64,000 nucleotides of DNA, from assembly GCA_030390025.1 (NCBI GenBank), contig CM059431.1:136092001-136156000 (forward strand), given 5' to 3'. This document shows positions 34,021 through 46,200 of this stretch, one piece after another; position 1 is the stretch's first letter, and each line of letters opens with the position of its first letter. Source of the stretch: Squalus acanthias. Its lineage: Eukaryota. A program made the position numbers and the translations under genes. The notes beneath the pieces were generated by a model. The model had not been told where the DNA came from, searched no databases, and saw only the letters and a list, made by a program, of their open reading frames with translations.

Positions 34021-35414
34021 TGTAATCCTTAACTTCTTGTTTCCTTGAATGATCATGAAGTGCGGAATTTTGAACATTACGTTTGTTGCAATTTTGTTGG
34101 TGATAAAACTAATAACTGCTTTTGTTTGGTGGTAGGATAACCTTAGGCAATCCAAGAAGGACCGAGTGTCAGAATTCACCCCACTGGCTCCTGCTCAGAG
34201 TTCCATCTACACAAATAACATCCACAGCTCCCATCAACAAACAAAGTCTGTCTCTGCTCCACATTCCAGGAAGGTGATGCAAACGTATTGGACTGAGGAT
34301 GCTTATTGTAACAATCCATCACCGTTTAACTATTCTGGTAATCACTGCCCTTCCAATGCTCGCTGCACTTTTGTTGGATCTGGTTTGGAAACTGCAGTCT
34401 AGCCTAGGGAATATTGCCTTTGAATCCTGTGGTTTTGAGTTTAATTACTCCTGTTTTAGCAAGACTGCTGCACTAAAGACTTGAGAGATCTTTTTGACTC
34501 CAGAGGTTTCAAGTATTCATTAAGAACTTGAATAAGACATGCTGCATTCTGCCTGGGCCAGTCAGTCCCACGTGATGAAGTGAAACTAATACATACTAAT
34601 AGTACTGTGTGGCTATTACATGACTTTACTGTCCTATCCTATTCCTTGTGATGCTGCTTTGTCTTCCACTAATACTCAAATCTGTGTGACATCCGACAAT
34701 TGGATCATCAAATTATCAGCAAGGTGGCATCAACAAAAGGGAAGTCTGCGAGCGATCAGTCTGTCTATTAATGTTCCTTTATACTCTGTTCCTTTAATAA
34801 AGCTTCCTTTATTCCACTTTCTATGTAAAAAATCCTGTGCATAAACAATGTTTCAAGAAATATACTTTTAATTGTTTACCTATTGTAACTGGCAAAACCA
34901 GTTCATATCCGCGTCAGGTGAAACTTATAGGCTGAGATCTTGTGCCAATTTTAACCCACCCCGCCAGTTGGAATGGGGTAGAGGGAGCATTGTGACTTGT
35001 CACCCATTCCTGCTGGAATCAAGTTGGCCACTACTGCAGTTAGGTGGTAGCCTTATGAATTTATGCACACTTGGGGCCCTGTTACATCAATGGGACACTG
35101 ATTGCATTTTAACCCGGGCCTGAGCGTGGAATCCGCCGTGGGTTTCCTGCCAGGTTGGCCCTCCATGGTAAGTGGAAATCTTTGTGGAGCCAGAAGAAGC
35201 AGGAGAGCCACGTTATCGACCCCTTGTTTTGTCACAGTCTGTTAAAGTGCTTCAGAGATTCTCAAGCCAGTTTAAAATGCCTGGTTACTGCACCACTAAT
35301 TCCCATCTTCAGCTTGATTTTATTCGTTGTCTACCGTTATAATAATGATGAATGTTGCAAACAGTTTGAAAGCCTGGTTCAGGGAGAGTAGCTATATTAT
35401 TTTTCCATTCTGAT

Positions 35415-35535
35415 TCAACAGCAACTTGCATTTATATAGTGCCTTTAAAGTAGTAAAACATCCCAAGGCGCTTCACAGGGGCATTATCAGACAAAATTTG
35501 ACACTGAACCACATAAGGAGATATTAGGACAGGTG
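35415..35535 (-). mobile_element. L2 3' tail fragment
   Basis: Reverse complement of the tail at 13240-13340 (CAACTTGCATTTATATAGTGCCTTTAA...CCCAAGGCGCTTCACAGG). Confidence 0.7.
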
Positions 35536-36012
35536 CAAGGTAGAAGAGTAGATTAAAAAACAACCCCTAACCAGAATGCCAGAGTGCTAACTTGTTGACC
35601 TCAAAGTCCAAATTCAAAAATACTAAAAAAACACAACAGTAACATTAACCAAAATGCCCCAACCATAAAGCCCAAAGCCCTTAATGCAAAATCTTGACCC
35701 ATGTCAATAGGTTGCCTCCAATTCCAAGCACTCCCATTTTTTGTTCACAGTCTCTTATATGGAACATTATCGAATGCCTTCTGGAAGTCCATATCAATAA
35801 CGTCGATCCATGTTAGTTACCTCTTCAAAAAAATCAACTAGGTTCATTAGACATGACTTACCCTTTACAAATCCGTGCCGTGTTCCTTAAATGTAAAGAA
35901 TTAAGAACTGATATGCTGACATACCTGTCAAACCATTTTCTCTATCAAGAATCACAAGTAGCAATTGTCCAAATTGACAAGATATGAAAAGACTAGAACA
36001 GAAGAAAACATT

Positions 36013-36442
36013 GGCCCAGATTTTGCTGCCAATAAAAGTGAGTTTAATGGTGCTCACTGTTATTAATGTGTAAATTTCCCAGCAACTTATGGCAAGGAAG
36101 AGATACCCCATGAATTGCGAATCGCCACAAGTTGCTGGATGATCAACACATTAATAACAGTGAGCTCCGCCATTAGCCTCGTGAAATTGGCAGCTCACCC
36201 TCAACCTCCCTGTGAGTTGCACATTATTTGCCAATTAAACTCTCTGCAGAAGGTTAGGGCTGGTACTTAACAGTGCAAGTACCTTTTGAATTACAAGATT
36301 TATGTTCCTGCAATGCCACTCAACCTCTCTGGCCCAGAAAGGGAACAATTTAAACTGTGGAGTCTCATTCCTGTAGGTAGTAAATTGTTGTTCTAACCAA
36401 CAGGGCAGCCGTGAGTTGCCCTGTTCCAGCAAAATCTGGGCC
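36013..36442. mobile_element. MITE (probably a Harbinger-type non-autonomous element)
   Basis: Perfect TIRs GGCCCAGATTTTGCTG / CAGCAAAATCTGGGCC, flanked by ATT and AAT. Confidence 0.75.
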
Positions 36443-36474
36443 AATAACTTATACTGAGATGGTACATACTATAG

Positions 36475-37010
36475 CTTTCTCGAAGTGTGAAGTGATGTAT
36501 TTTGGAAGGAAAAATGATGATAGGCAAGTATAAATGGTACAATTTTAATGGGAGTGAAGGAACAGAGAAACTTGGGGGTTCACATACACAAATCTTTGAA
36601 GGACAAATTCATAAAGCTGTAAACAATGCATACGGGATCCTGGACTTTATAAATAGAGGGTTAGAGTACAAAAGCAAGGATGTTATGCTAAACCTTTATA
36701 AATTACTGGTTAGACCTCAGCCTGAGTATTGTGTCCATTGCTGGGCACCACACTTTAAGGAGGCCAAGTCCTTAGAGAGGGTGCAGAGGAGATTTATTAG
36801 AATTGTACCAGGGATCAGTTACATGGAGAGACTAGAGAAGCTGGGGTTGTTCTCCTTACAGCAGAGAAGGTTAAGGGGAGATTTAATGGGTGTTTGAAAT
36901 TATATGGAGTTTTGATAGAGTAGGTAGGGAGAAACTGTTTCCATTAACAGGAGGATCAGTAACCAGAGGACGCAGATTAAAAATAATTGGCAAAATAACC
37001 AGAGAGGAGA
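36475..37010 (+). mobile_element. Degraded CR1 ORF2 C-terminal fragment
   Basis: AYGILDFINRGLEYKSKDVMLNLYKLLVRPQPEYC...LERVQRRF...LGLFSLQQRRLRGDL. Confidence 0.85.
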
Positions 37011-37119
37011 TTTACCAGTATTTACCAGACAGACAGATCAGGTGGACATGACATCAGAAGATGAGATTAGAAATTATATAACTGCATTTTTTAAAAAATA
37101 TTAAATAAACTAATCATAG

Positions 37120-39022
37120 AGGATAACATCCCTGGTTCGGACAGATTGCATCTGCGCATTTTTAAATAATCTAGGGAAGAGATAGCAGAGGCATGATTAC
37201 ACATATTTAATAATTCGTTAGAAAAAGTTGTAGTGCCAGATAGCTAACGTAATAACTATATTGAAGAAGGGAGATAGAACATATCCAGGGAACTATAGAC
37301 CAGTCAGTTTCACATCGGTAGTAGGAATGATAATGGAATCCTACGAAAGGAGAAAATAAAAAAAATGTAGAAACCAAATAAATAATGGCCCAAAAATTCG
37401 GCCCTTCCCGGGTGAGTACGGACTGTGTACTCACCCATATTGCTTCCCAAAGTGCCGGTTTCCTGCATGCACTGCGCATGCGCGGGAAACCGGAACTTCT
37501 GGTATAGTGAAGGGGGCGGTTCCTAGGTGAACCGCGTGCGCGCTAGAGGCTGCGCGCACGCAGCACACTTAGATTTTTTTTCAGGTTTCTACGCGAGGTT
37601 AAGTATGGAAGATACTACGCTAATGAAAAGGAAGCGCAAGACCCGTTTTGAACAAGGTAAGTGGTTAATTAAGTATAATTTTAAATTTTTTTCAACAGGT
37701 TTATCTTTTTTAGATACTTTAAAGAAAGGTAAGTTTATTTTTATAACTTTTAAAAAGTATTTTAATTTTTTCAAAAATTTTAATTTTTGTTTAAAGTGGT
37801 TAATTTATTTAACTATAGTTATTTTATAAATGTGATGGGTTTTTAAAAAAATGTATTTTAAGTTTAGCTGTTCTTTTGGGGCCGATTTCAATTCACAGAT
37901 TTGACAGGTCTCCTGTCAAATCTATGAATGAAAGATGGTCTGCTGCCATTGGCTCTCCATGGCCCACGTGATCCCAGGGGTCGCATCGCACTAACTGCAC
38001 CCCTGGAACACGCAAGCACTGCGCGCCGGCAGTTGGGAGAGGCCCAGGACCCGAAGTTCCCATGGGCCCAAAACACAACGGCAGGCGCGGTAGGTAAGCC
38101 AGACACGCGAATTTCTGGGCCAATAAATAGCATGGTTTTCAAAAGGGAAAGTCTTGCTTGACCAACCTCATTTAATTCTTTGAAACGGTAACAGAGAGAG
38201 CAGACAAGGGTAATGTAGTAGAAGTAATATATCTAGATTTCCAAAAGTCCTTTGATAAGGTACCACATAATAAACTAATGAATAAGGTCAGAGCATGCAG
38301 AGTCAGGGGACAAGCAGCAGAATGGTTAGCTAGCTGGCTTCAAGACAGAAAGCAGAGAGTAGGGATAAAGGGTAGCTATTCAGAGTGGCAGAAGGTGAGA
38401 TGTATAATAAACCATTTAGACTTTGGAATCAAAAACACAATTTCTAAATTTGCGGATGACACCAAATTGGGAGGGGTAGTCAACACTGAGGACAACTGCA
38501 ACAGATTACAAGAAGACATTAATAAACTTGCAGAATTGTAATATAATTGGCAATTGATTTTCAACATAGATAAGTGCGAGGTAATACATTTTGGTAAGAA
38601 AAATAGGAGGTCAAATATTATTGGAAAATAAGAATTTAAATGGGGTAGAGGTGCAAAGGGATCTGGGAGTACAAATGCACAAAACACAAAGTTTGCACCA
38701 CAGGTCAATATGGTCATAAAAACAACCCAATCACTAGGGTTTATTTCTAGAGGGATAGAATTGAAAAGTAGAGAAGTTACGCTAAACTTTTATCAAACCT
38801 TGGTTAGACCACACTTGTACATTCTGGTCGCCATATTATTAAAAGGATATAGAGGCACTGGAGAGGGCACAAAAAGGAGTTACAAGGATGAACTAGTAGG
38901 TTATACCTATCAGGAAAGTATGAATAGGCTGGGTCTCTTTTCTCTTGAAAAGAGAAGGCTGAGGGGTGAACTAGTAGAGGTTGTTAAAATTAGGAAAGGT
39001 TTTGATAGAGTAGACACAGAGA
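37120..39022 (+). mobile_element. Degraded CR1 RT fragment split by the 37387-38121 MITE
   Basis: GNYRPVS before the MITE. HGF.KGKSCLTNL, DFQKSFDKVPH, KFADDTKLGG and LGLFSLEKRRLRG after it. Confidence 0.8.
37387..38121. mobile_element. MITE with a 3-bp AAT target-site duplication, inserted in a CR1
   Basis: TIRs GGCCCAAAAATTCG / CGAATTTCTGGGCC (13/14 match). AAT at 37384-37386 and 38122-38124. GC-rich arms surround an AT-rich core. Confidence 0.82.
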
Positions 39023-39518
39023 GGGGCAGGAATTTTCCCATTGCCAAGCATACGGGTTTGGGGGTGGGTCAGCAGTAAAAAATCATCGAAATTGCCAGCG
39101 CGTCGGGAATCCACCGTCATCCCACCAACATCTGCATCTAACTCAGGTGCATTTTACAGTGCGCCACGGACCCGATTGGGAGAGGCGGGCGACCTCGTTC
39201 AAGTAATTAACTGCTTGTTGAGAGACTCTTGAGGGTTTTTAACACCAGGTTTTTGGCTTTAACTTCAGGAACACAGGTATCACGCACCTCGGGAACCTCA
39301 CCTGTGAAGGGGAGGCGGAAGCTCAGTGGCCATTGTGCGAGTGCATTAATTGAGAGCTGGGGAAAACACAAATACTCACACATTAAACCTGATTACTTGG
39401 TTAATGGAAAGGCTCTTGCTGACTCCATTTTGTGCAAAGATTTAGCTGTCAGCAGTTTGCAGGTCATTTCTGCAACTGCGGAACCCACTCTCACCACATT
39501 GTGTGTCACGAACATAAC

Positions 39519-40003
39519 ATTAGAATCATAGAACTTTATGCAGCACAGAAGGAGGCCATTCGGCCCGTCGAGCCCGTGCCAGCTCTCTGCAAGAGCACTT
39601 CAGCTAGCCCCACTCCCCCAACCTTTCCCTGCATATTTTTTTCCTTCAGGTACTTATCCAATTCCCTTTTGAAAGCCATGATTGAGTCTGCCTCCACCAC
39701 ACTTTCAGGCCGTGCATTCCAGATCCTAACCACTCGCTGAGTAAAAAAGTTTTTCCTCATGTCGCCTTTGGTTCTCTTGCCAATCACCGTAAATCTGTGT
39801 CCTCTGGTTTTCACCCCTCCACCAATGGGAACAGTTTCTCTCTATCTACTCTGTCTAGACCCCTCCATGATTTTGAACACCTCTATCAAATCTCCTCTCA
39901 ACCTTCTCTGCTCTAAGGAGAACAAACCCAGGTTGTCTAGTCTATCCACGTAACTGAAGTCCCTCATCCCTGGAATCATTCTCATTAATTTTTTCTGCAC
40001 CCT
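39519..40003 (-). mobile_element. CR1 3' fragment ending abruptly at the telomeric array
   Basis: TRGHRF..IGKRTKGDMRKNFFTQRVVRIWN, with a 3' tail at about 39520. The sequence stops within the LERVQ motif (CTGCACCCT). Confidence 0.88.
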
Positions 40004-41015
40004 AGGGTTAGGGTTTAGGGTTAGGCTTCGGGTTTAGGGTTAGGGTTTAGGGTTTACGGTTAGTGTTAGGGTAAGGGTTAGTGCATTGAGGGTTAGTGTT
40101 AGGGTAAGGGTTAGGGATAGGGCATTTAGGGTTAGGATTAGGGTTAGTGCATTTAGGGTTAGGGGTTAGGATTAGGGTTAGGGTTTAGGGTTAGAGTTAG
40201 GGTTTAGGGTTAAGGTTAGGGTTAGTAACACTATTTAGGGTTAGGGGTTAGGTGTTAGGGTTTAGGGGGTAGGGTTAGGGGTTAGGGTTAGGGTTTAGCA
40301 TTTAGGGTTAGGCGTTAGGTTTAGGGTTAGGGTTTAGGTTTAGTGTGAGGATTTAGGGTTAGAGTTAGGGTTTAGGGTTAGGGTTTAGGGTTAGGGTTAG
40401 TGTTAGGGTTTAGGGTTAGGGCTAGGGGCTAGGGTTATGGGTGAGCATTAGGGGCTAGGGTTAGGGTTTAGAGTTAGGTTTAGGGTTAGGGTTTAGGCTT
40501 AGGTTTAGGGTTGGGGTTTAGGGTTGGGGTTTAGGCTTAGGATTCGGGTTAGGGTTCGGGTAGGGTTAGGTTTAGGGTTAGGGTTAGCGCAGTTAGGGTT
40601 AGGGTTTAGGGTTTGGGTTAGTGATTAGGGTTAGGTTTAGGGTTAGGGTTACGGTTAGTGTTAGGGTTAGAGTTAGGGTTAGGGTTAGGATTAGGGGCTA
40701 GGGTTATGGGTTAGCATTAGGGGCTAGGGTTAGGGTTTAGAGTTAGGTTTAGGGTTAGGGTTTAGGGTTGGGGTTTAGGGTTGGGGTTTAGGCGTAGGAT
40801 TCGGGTTAGGGTTTAGGGTTAGGGGAGGGTTAGGGTTAGGTTTAGGGTTAGGGTTAGTGCAGTTAGGGTTAGGGTTTAGGGTTTGGGTTAGTGATTAGGG
40901 TTAGGTTTAGGGTTAGGGTTACGGTTAGTGTTAGGGTTGAGGGTTAGGGTTCGGGTTAGGGGTTAGGGGTTAGGTTTTAGGGTTAGGGTTAGGTTTAGCG
41001 GTTAGGGTTAGGGTT
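40003..41015 (+). repeat. Degenerate telomeric (TTAGGG)n array, interstitial or subtelomeric
   Basis: About 1 kb of TTAGGG with variants TTTAGGG, TTAGGGG, TTAGTG, TTGGGG and CTAGGG. The G-rich strand is on +. Confidence 0.97.
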
Positions 41016-41019
41016 TGCA

Positions 41020-41101
41020 CTTCCACTAGCGGCACAGGGATCTTTCACACCCACCTGAGAGAGCAAACGGCGCCTCGGTTTAACGTCTCATCCAAAAGAC
41101 G
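41020..41101 (-). mobile_element. Deu-SINE core fragment
   Basis: Reverse complement of the core in the SINE at 21985-22060 (GGGATCTTT...CCACCT..GAGAGCA..CGG..CTCGGTTTAACGTCTCATCC.AAAGACG). Confidence 0.75.
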
Positions 41102-41262
41102 AGGAATTTAAATTCCGTTCATTAAATAAATCGAATAAAAAGCTAGTTTCAGTAATGGTGACCATGAAACTACCGGATTGTCCAACAACCCATCTGGTTC
41201 ACTAATGTTCTTTAGGGAAGGAAATCTGCCATTCTTCCGCGGTCAGGCTGGCATGTGACTCC
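41102..41262 (+). mobile_element. V-SINE (HE1-like) fragment
   Basis: AAAAAGCTAG...TGGTGACCATGAAAC...CCCATCTGGTTCACTAATGT.CTTTAGGGAAGGAAATCTGCC...ATGTGACTCC resembles the V-domain of elasmobranch HE1 SINEs, from recall. Confidence 0.65.
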
Positions 41263-43054
41263 TCGGGCCTGAGGAGCCGCTGTGTCCGGGGTCGGTCCTC
41301 CAGCCTGGGGGTGGCGCTGTTTCCAAGGTTGGTCCACCGTCCTGAGGGAGGCGCTATGTGCGGGGTCGGTCCTCCGCCCTGGGGGCGGTGCTGTGTCCGG
41401 GCCCGGGGTCGGTCCTCCGGCCTGGGGGTGACGCTGTTTCCGGTGTCGGTCCTCCGGCCAGAGGGAGGCGCTGCGTCCGGTGTCGGTCCTCGGGCCTGGT
41501 GGTGGCGCTGCATGCGGGGTCGGTCTTCCGGCCTGGGGTTGGCGCTGTTTCCGGGGTTGGTCCTCCGGCCTGGGGCTGCCGCTGTGTGCGGGGTCGGTCC
41601 TCCGGCCTGAGGGATGCGCTGTTTCCAGGGTCGGATCTCTGGTCTGAGGCAGGCGCTGTGACCGGAGTCGGTCCTCCGGCCTGGGGCTGGCGCTGTGTGC
41701 GGGGTGGGTCTCCGGCCTGGGGGTGGCGCTGTTTCCGGAGTCGGTCCTCCTGCCTGCGGGTGAAGCTTTGTCCGGAGTCGGTCCTCCGGCCTGAGGGAGG
41801 CGCTGTGTCCGCAGTCGGTCCTCCGGTCTGGGGGTGACGCTGTGTCCGGAGTCGGTCCTCCGGGCTGGGGTTGGCGCTGAAGGCGGAGTCGGTCCTCCGG
41901 CCTCGGGGTGGCGCTGTGTCCGGTGTCGGGCCTCCGCCCAGGGGAGGCGCTGTGGCCGGGGTCGGTCCTCCAGCCTCTGGGTGGTGCTGTGTCCGGTGTC
42001 GGTCCTCCGGCATGGGGGAGGCGCAGTTTCCGGGGTCGGTCCACCGGTCTGAAGGAGGCGCTGTGTCCTGACTCGGTCCACCGGCCTGGGGGTGGCGCTG
42101 TGTCCAGAGTCGGTCCTCCAGCCTGGGGGTGGCGCTGTTTCCGTGGTCGGTCCTCCGGCCTGAGGGAGGCGCTGCGTCCGGTGTCGGTCCTCCGGCCGGG
42201 TGGTGGCGCTGTGTCCGGAGTCGGTCCTCCGGCCTGGGGTTGGCGCTGTGTCCGGAGTCAGTCCTCCGGCCTGGGGGCGGCGCTGCATGCGGGGTCGGTC
42301 TTCCGGCCTGGGGTTGGCGCTGTTTCCGGGGTTGGTCCTCCGGCCTGGGGCTGCCGCTGTGTGCGGGGTCGGTCCTCCGGCCTGAGGGATGCGCTGTTTC
42401 CAGGGTCGGATCTCTGGTCTGAGGCAGGCGCTGTGACCGGAGTCGGTCCTCCGGCCTGGGGCTGGCGCTGTGTGCGGGGTGGGTCTCCGGCCTGGGGGTG
42501 GCGCTGTTTCCGGAGTCGGTCCTCCTGCCTGCGGGTGAAGCTTTGTCCGGAGTCGGTCCTCCGGCCTGAGGGAGGCGCTGTGTCCGCAGTCGGTCCTCCG
42601 GTCTGGGGGTGACGCTGTGTCCGGAGTCGGTCCTCCGGGCTGGGGTTGGCGCTGAAGGCGGAGTCGGTCCTCCGGCCTCGGGGTGGCGCTGTGTCCGGTG
42701 TCGGGCCTCCGCCCAGGGGAGGCGCTGTGGCCGGGGTCGGTCCTCCAGCCTCTGGGTGGTGCTGTGTCCGGTGTCGGTCCTCCGGCATGGGGGAGGCGCT
42801 GTTTCCGGGGTCGGTCCACCGGTCTGAAGGAGGCGCTGTGTCCTGACTCGGTCCACCGGCCTGGGGGTGACACTGTGTCCGGAGTCGGTCCTCCGGCCTG
42901 GGGGTGGCGCTGTTTCCGTGGTCGGTCCTCCGGCCTGAGGGAGGCGCTGCGTCCGGTGTCGGTCCTCCGGCCGGGTGGTGGCGCTGTGTCCGGAGTCGGT
43001 CCTCCGGCCTGGGGTTGGCGCTGTGTCCGGAGTCGGTCCTGCAGCCTGAGCGAG
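41263..43054. repeat. CpG-rich 37-bp satellite with a 775-bp higher-order repeat
   Basis: Consensus GGCGCTGTGTCCGGAGTCGGTCCTCCGGCCTGGGGGT (period 37, 42131 to 42168). The variant pattern repeats at offset 775 (41834 versus 42609). Confidence 0.95.
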
Positions 43055-43254
43055 NNNNNNNNNNNNNNNNNNNNNNNNNNNNNNNNNNNNNNNNNNNNNN
43101 NNNNNNNNNNNNNNNNNNNNNNNNNNNNNNNNNNNNNNNNNNNNNNNNNNNNNNNNNNNNNNNNNNNNNNNNNNNNNNNNNNNNNNNNNNNNNNNNNNNN
43201 NNNNNNNNNNNNNNNNNNNNNNNNNNNNNNNNNNNNNNNNNNNNNNNNNNNNNN
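43055..43254. other. Assembly gap (200 N)
   Basis: Run of exactly 200 N, likely a fixed-size scaffolding spacer. Confidence 0.99.
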
Positions 43255-46200
43255 AGACCACTACAGGAGTAGAATAATCACAGACCACACAGAGTAGATC
43301 ATCACAAACCACGACGAGTAGAATCATTACAGACCACTACAGGAGTAGAATCTTCACAGACCACTACAGGAGTAGAATCATCACAGACCACTACAGGAGT
43401 AGAATCATCACAGACCACTACAGGAGTAGAATCATCACAGACCACTACAGGAGTAGAATCATCACAGACCACTACAGGAGTAGAATCATCACAGACCACT
43501 ACAGGATTAAATCATCACAGACCACTACAGGCGTAGATCATCAGAACCCACTACAGGAGTAGGATCATCACAGACCACTGCAGGATAGAATCATCACAGA
43601 CCACTACAGGAGTAGAATCATCACAGACCACTACAGGAGTAGAATCATCACAGACCACTACAGATAGAATCATCACAGACCACTACAGGAGTAGGAATCA
43701 TCACAGACCACTACAGGAGTAGAATCATCACAGACCACTACAGGATAGAATCATCACAGACCACTACAGGAGAGGATCATCACAGACCACTACAGGAGTA
43801 GAATCATCACAGACCACTAAAGGAGTAGAATCATCACAGACCACTACAGGAGTAGAATCATCACAAGACCACTACAGAGTAGAATCATCACAGACCACTA
43901 CAGAGTAGAATCATTACAGACCACTACAGGAGTAGAAACATCACAGACCACAACAGATGTAGAATCATCACAGACCACTGCAGGAGTAGAATCATCACAG
44001 ACCACTACAGGAGTAAATAATCACACAGACCACTACAGGATAGAATCATCACAGACCACTACAGTAGAATCATCACGACCACTACAGGAGTAGAATCATC
44101 ACAGACCACTACAGGATAGAATCATCACAGACCACTACAGGAGTAGAATCATCACAGATCACTACAGGAGTAGAATCATCACAGACCACTACAGGAGTAG
44201 AATCATCACAGACCACAACATGAGTTAGATCATCACAGACCACTACAGGAGTAGAATCAACACAGACCACTACAGGAGTAGAATCATCATAGACCACTAC
44301 AGGAGTAAGAATCATCACAGACCACTACAGGAGTAGAATCATCACAGACCACTACAGGAGTAGAATCATCACAGACCACTACAGGAGTAGAATCATCACA
44401 GACCACTACAGGAGTAGAATCATCACAGACCACTACAGGAGTAGATCATCACAGACCACTACAGAAGTAGAATCATCACAGACCACTACAGGAGTAGGAT
44501 CATCACAGACCACTACAGAGTAGAATCATCACAGACCACTACAGAAGTAGAATCATCACAGACCACTACAGGAGTAGATCATCACAGACCACTACAGGAG
44601 TAGAATCATCACAGACCACTACAGAGTAGAATCATCACAGACCACTACAGGAGTAAATCATCACAGACCACTACAGGAGTAAATCATCACAGACCACTAC
44701 AGGAGTAGAATCATCACAGACCACTACAGGAGTAGAATCATCACAGACCACTACAGGAGTAGGATCATCACAGACCACTACAGGAGTAGAATCATCACAG
44801 ACCACTACAGGAGAATCATCACAGACCACTACAGGAGTAGGACATCACAGGACTAGTAGAATCATCACAGACCACTACAGGAGTAGAATCATCACAGACC
44901 ACTACAGGATAGAATCATCACAGACCACTACAGGAGTAGAATCATCACAGACCACTACAGGAGTAGATCATCACAGACCACTACAGGAGTAGAATCATCA
45001 CAGACCACTACAGGAGTAGAATCATCACAGACCACTACAGGAGTAGAATCATCACAGACCACTACAGGAGTAGAATCATCACAGACCACTACAGGAGTAG
45101 AATCATCACAGACCACTACAGGAGTAGAATCATCACAGACCACTACAGGAGTAGGATCATCACAGACCACTACAGGAGTAGAATCATCACAGACCACTAC
45201 AGGAGTAGAAGCATCACAGACCACTACACAAGAGTAAATCATCACAGACCACTACAGAGTAGGATCATCACAGACCACTACAGGAGTAGAATCATCACAG
45301 ACCACTACAGGAGTAGAATCATCACAGACCACTACAGGAGTAGGATCATCACAGACCACTACAGGAGTAGAATCATCACAGACCACTACAGGAGAATCAT
45401 CACAGACCACTACAGGAGTAGAATCATCACAGACCACTACAGGTGTAGGATCATCACACAGACCACTACAGAATAGAATCATCAAGACCACTACAGGAGA
45501 AATCATCACAGACCACTACAGGAGTAGAATCATCACAGACCACTACAGGAGTAGAATCATCACAGAAACACTACAGGAGTAGAATCATCACAGACCACGA
45601 CAGGAGTAGAATCATCACAGACCACTACAGGAGTAGAATCATCACAGACCACTACAGAGTAGAATCATCACAGACCACTACAGGATAGAATCATCACAGA
45701 CCACTACAGAATAGAATCATCACAGACCACTACAGGAGTAGAATCATCACAGAAACTACAGGAGTAGTCATCACAGACACCTACAGGAGTAGAATCATCA
45801 CAGACCACTACAGAGTAGAATCATCACAGACCACTACAGGAGTAGAATCATCACAGACCACTACAGGAGTAGGATCATCACAGACCACTACAGGAGTAGA
45901 ATCATCACAGACCACTACAGGAGTAGAATCATCACAGACCACTACAGGAGTAGAATCATCACAGACCACTACAGGAGTAGAATCATCACAGACCACTACA
46001 GGAGTAGAATCATCACAGACCACTACAGGAGTAGAATAATCACAGACCACTACAGGAGTAGAATCATCAAGACACGACAGGAGTAGGATGATCACAGACC
46101 ACTACAGGTGTAGAATCATCACAGACCACTACAGGAGTAGAATCATCACAGGCCACTACGGAGTAGAATCATCACAGACCACTACAGGAGTAGAATCATC

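Noticed and set aside
34136..34340. Possible plus-strand exon (DNLRQSKKDRVSEF...NYS)
   Set aside because: Open frame with plausible AG/GT ends, but no recognisable homology and no partner exons.
41202..43327. Long Pro/Arg-rich ORFs (553-657 aa)
   Set aside because: Translations of a GC-rich 37-bp satellite that lacks stop codons. One of them spans the N gap.
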